Below are positions 61,166 through 64,000 of a stretch of 64,000 bases of DNA, one piece after another. The notes beneath the pieces are model-generated. The model had not been told where the DNA came from and did no database searches. It saw only the letters and a program-made list of their open reading frames with translations. The DNA lies in the NCBI GenBank assembly GCA_963665115.1, contig OY762007.1, positions 6,016,001 through 6,080,000 of the forward strand, written 5' to 3'. Within the stretch, counting starts at the first letter, position 1, and each line of letters begins with the position of its first letter. The position numbers and the translations under genes are program-made. The stretch comes from an uncultured Rivularia sp. (GTDB lineage: Bacteria; Cyanobacteriota; Cyanobacteriia; Cyanobacteriales; Nostocaceae).

Positions 61166-64000
61166 TTACTGGGGGGGATTAAAAAAGCCGCTTTGAATCA
61201 AGTAAGAAAAATAAGTACTAAGTAACTTTGCATCTACTGGTGGACAAACAATGGAAGTATCTACAAGTCCATCGGTTGTATTCTGACAATCAAACTTTAA
61301 TTCTGCTGAGTTAGAATTCTGTTCTGAAGACTCTTGTTTGAGGGCATCTTCAGTCTCTTTATTAGCAAAAAAAGGTATCAATGGGTACAACGGATTGTCC
61401 AGAGAAGTTTCAGAAGCATTGATAAGTTCTGTTTGCCATTGATTGTAAGACATGGGCACGAACGAGTAGCCAAACTCACGTATCCATTTAAAAAGCTCTG
61501 AGGAGCCGATAGGTTGGTGATTCGATAAATGAAAGATTTTATTAAAGCATTGTCTCTGGCTTGATAAATGAATTAAAGCTTTGCTCACATAGTCTACAGG
61601 AGTCATGTCAACAGTAGTCTTTACATCTGGTACGCACTTCATTTGTATAAAGCCTTTGAGCATTCTATACAAACGGTCGCTTGTGTTACAAACACCTGTT
61701 TTACTGTGTCCCGATACACGTCCCTAGCCTGTAAATAGAAACAGGAATACCTCGATTGTATGCAGTAGAAACTAATTTTTCGGCAACCCATTTAGTTTGA
61801 GCATAGCCACCAGAAGGAATTTGACTATGACTAAAGTTATGCAATTCTTGAATTTTTTTGACTTGTGCATGCCCTTCGGAAGACAATACACTCAATGTTG
61901 AGATGTAATGTACGGGTTTAACTTTAATTTTACTAGCTAATCTTAAGATTTCTTGCGTTCCCAGGACATTAGTTGCTTTCAAGGCAGAATACGAATAAAC
62001 AAGATTAATTGCCGCAGCGTTGTGATAAATGACATCAATTTTCTGAGCCATCAGTTTAAATTGTTGCTCAGAAAGACCTAATAACGGCTTAGATAAGTCT
62101 CCAATCACTGGAATGATGCGGTTGCTTAAAGATTCATCCCAAATCAAATTAGATTCAAGATGTTTTTGCAACTTTTTCTTCCCTGATTCAGCATTGGCAG
62201 CACGTATTAAGCAATAAATATTAGCATTAGTTTCTTGTAAAAGTTCATATAGTAAAAATGCTCCAACAAACCCTGTTGCTCCAGTCAAGAATATATGAGA
62301 TGGCTGATTTGGATACTCAAAAGATGTTTCAGCACGGATTGTAGAATCTAGTACAGCTTCAGCATTTAAAACTTCAAGTGTGATTTTGCTTGCCGCAATA
62401 GAAGTTTGGGTTTGAGCAGTTGATGGGATTTTACTTAAAGCTGAAGGATGTTCCTCAGTTCTAAAAGACTGACAATGGACGATGATTTCCCGCAGCCCCT
62501 TAATGAAACTTTCAGCTAGACGCTCAATGGTAGCTCGGTGATGAATTGCCTTGCTATATGTCCAATTTATCTGTAATTGACCTCCTGTGACAATCCCATT
62601 AACATCAAGTAAATAGCTTCGGTTAGACAGCAAGCTACGTTCTGTTTCTGTAGATTCTGGGGCTGGTATAAATAAAGATGAATCCCCGAATAACTGGTCA
62701 GACTGACCCAAATAATTAAATCTAATTTCTGAAGAAGGTATGCAATCTCGTAAAGTCGCAGCTTCTTCACCACCGAGATAGCGCAGTAAACCATAGCCTA
62801 TTCCACGATTCGGAATACTCCGAAGCTGAGTTTTAATAGTTTCTAAAGCAGATTCTATGCCATTTGTCTCTCTAATATCTAAGAATACCGGAAAAATAGT
62901 ACTAAACCAACCCAAAGTTCGGGATAAGTCTACATCATCGAAGATTTCTTCCCTTCCATGACCTTCCAAATCAACCACTAGTGAGCGCACACCAATCCAC
63001 TTTTCAACAGCTTGTATCAGTATTGTGAGTAGAACATCGTTAATTTGAGTCCGATAAGTTGCTGACACTTCTTGTAATAAAGCTTGAGTTTCTTGTTGAC
63101 TCAAAGCCATCGATATAGTTTCAGCTAAAGCTACAGTGTTATCGCCATCAGGAAAGTCTAAGGGTAATTGGACACTTTGTCGAGGAATCTTAGTTAACCA
63201 GTAATTTAGTTCTTGTGGTATTACTTGAGACTGGGTATATTCTTGCAGTCGTTGTGCCCAATGTTTGAATGAAGTGGTTTTAGGAGGCAGTGCGATCGCC
63301 TTTCCTTGACTAATCTGTTGGTAAGCAGTTTGTAAGTCTTCTAACAAAACCCGCCAAGATATGCCATCGACGACCAAATGGTGAATAATAATTAACAGGC
63401 GTTGAGACTTACCAGTGCCTAAATCAAATAGAGCAACTCGTAGCAGAGGACCATTACTTAAGTTCAGGCTCCTATGGAGTGTAGTGGCTGTGTTAGAAAT
63501 GGCTGACTTTTGCTTGAGCTCTGACATGGTTGATAAATCAAGCAAGGTAAATGGTACAACTTCATCAAAGTCAGTATTAACCTGCTGAGTGTCTGTTCCC
63601 TGATAATCATAACGCAGGCGCAGAGCATCGTGATGCTTTAACAATTGCTTTACTGCTTGTGCCAATAAGAGCGGTGAGAGAGCTTGTCGAACTTCCAGCA
63701 AAACTGCTTGATTCCAGTGATGCATCTGGGGAAAATTCTGTTCAAAGAACCAGCGTTGAATAGGGGTAAGAGGAACTGAACCTGTTACTAGCCCTTGTTC
63801 AGCTTGAATCACTTTATTACTTCCCGCAACCTCAGCTAGTCCGGCAATGGTTTGGTGTTCAAAAAACTGCTTGGGTGTCAGTCGCAAACCAGCCTGGTTA
63901 GCTTTGGCGATAATCTGCATACTAAGAATAGAATCTCCGCCCAACTCAAAAAAATTATTATAAATTCCTACCCGTTCGAGTTTAAGAATTTTAGCCCATA
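61166..64000 (-). CDS. NRPS C-terminus: PCP - epimerization - thioester reductase; frameshift at ~61723; starts outside the window
   Basis: FFELGGDSI; E-domain motifs PIQRWF, HHLVVDGISW, EGHGRE, RTLGWF, FNYLGQ; R-domain motifs TGATGFVG and GYAQTKW. Removing one base gives YRLGRVSGHSKTG, joining ORF 61166..61672. Confidence 0.9.

Noticed and set aside
1857..63299. HIP1 GCGATCGC sites (e.g. 1857, 19621, 37073, 44519, 53494) as a novel motif
   Set aside because: Well-known cyanobacterial repeat; used only as a taxonomic clue.

Overview
AT-rich DNA from a filamentous (Nostocales-like) cyanobacterium, judged from several HIP1 GCGATCGC sites and heptamer/octamer tandem repeats. There are three blocks. 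(1) 1-12.5 kb: two P-loop (AAA/STAND-like) ATPase genes facing away from a giant RTX-type Ca-binding surface protein and a DUF4114-like secreted protein. (2) About 12.7-50 kb: a conjugative element (ICE or plasmid-derived). It has an excisionase-like gene, a cyanobacterial-type T4SS operon (VirB2/3/4/5/6/8/10/9-like), VirD4, an Rpn locus with a duplicated C-terminal cassette, a Rep gene with internal iterons next to dnaB, and a deletion-fused Dam-like/ParM remnant. Its most notable gene encodes a ~1480-aa single-subunit two-barrel (RdRP/YonO-like, DCDGD motif) RNA polymerase. Beside it is a cluster of small genes, three of which are preceded at 36-37 bp by a covarying c(GTRA)g mini-hairpin on the template strand, which are candidate ssDNA promoters. 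No integrase or relaxase is recognisable. (3) 52.9-64 kb: the end of an NRPS cluster (T-E-reductase terminus, class III aminotransferase, MFS, MbtH, TEII, Ntn acylase). About nine genes are split by single-base frameshifts that look like sequencing or assembly errors. All family assignments come from motif recognition by eye, not from database searches.
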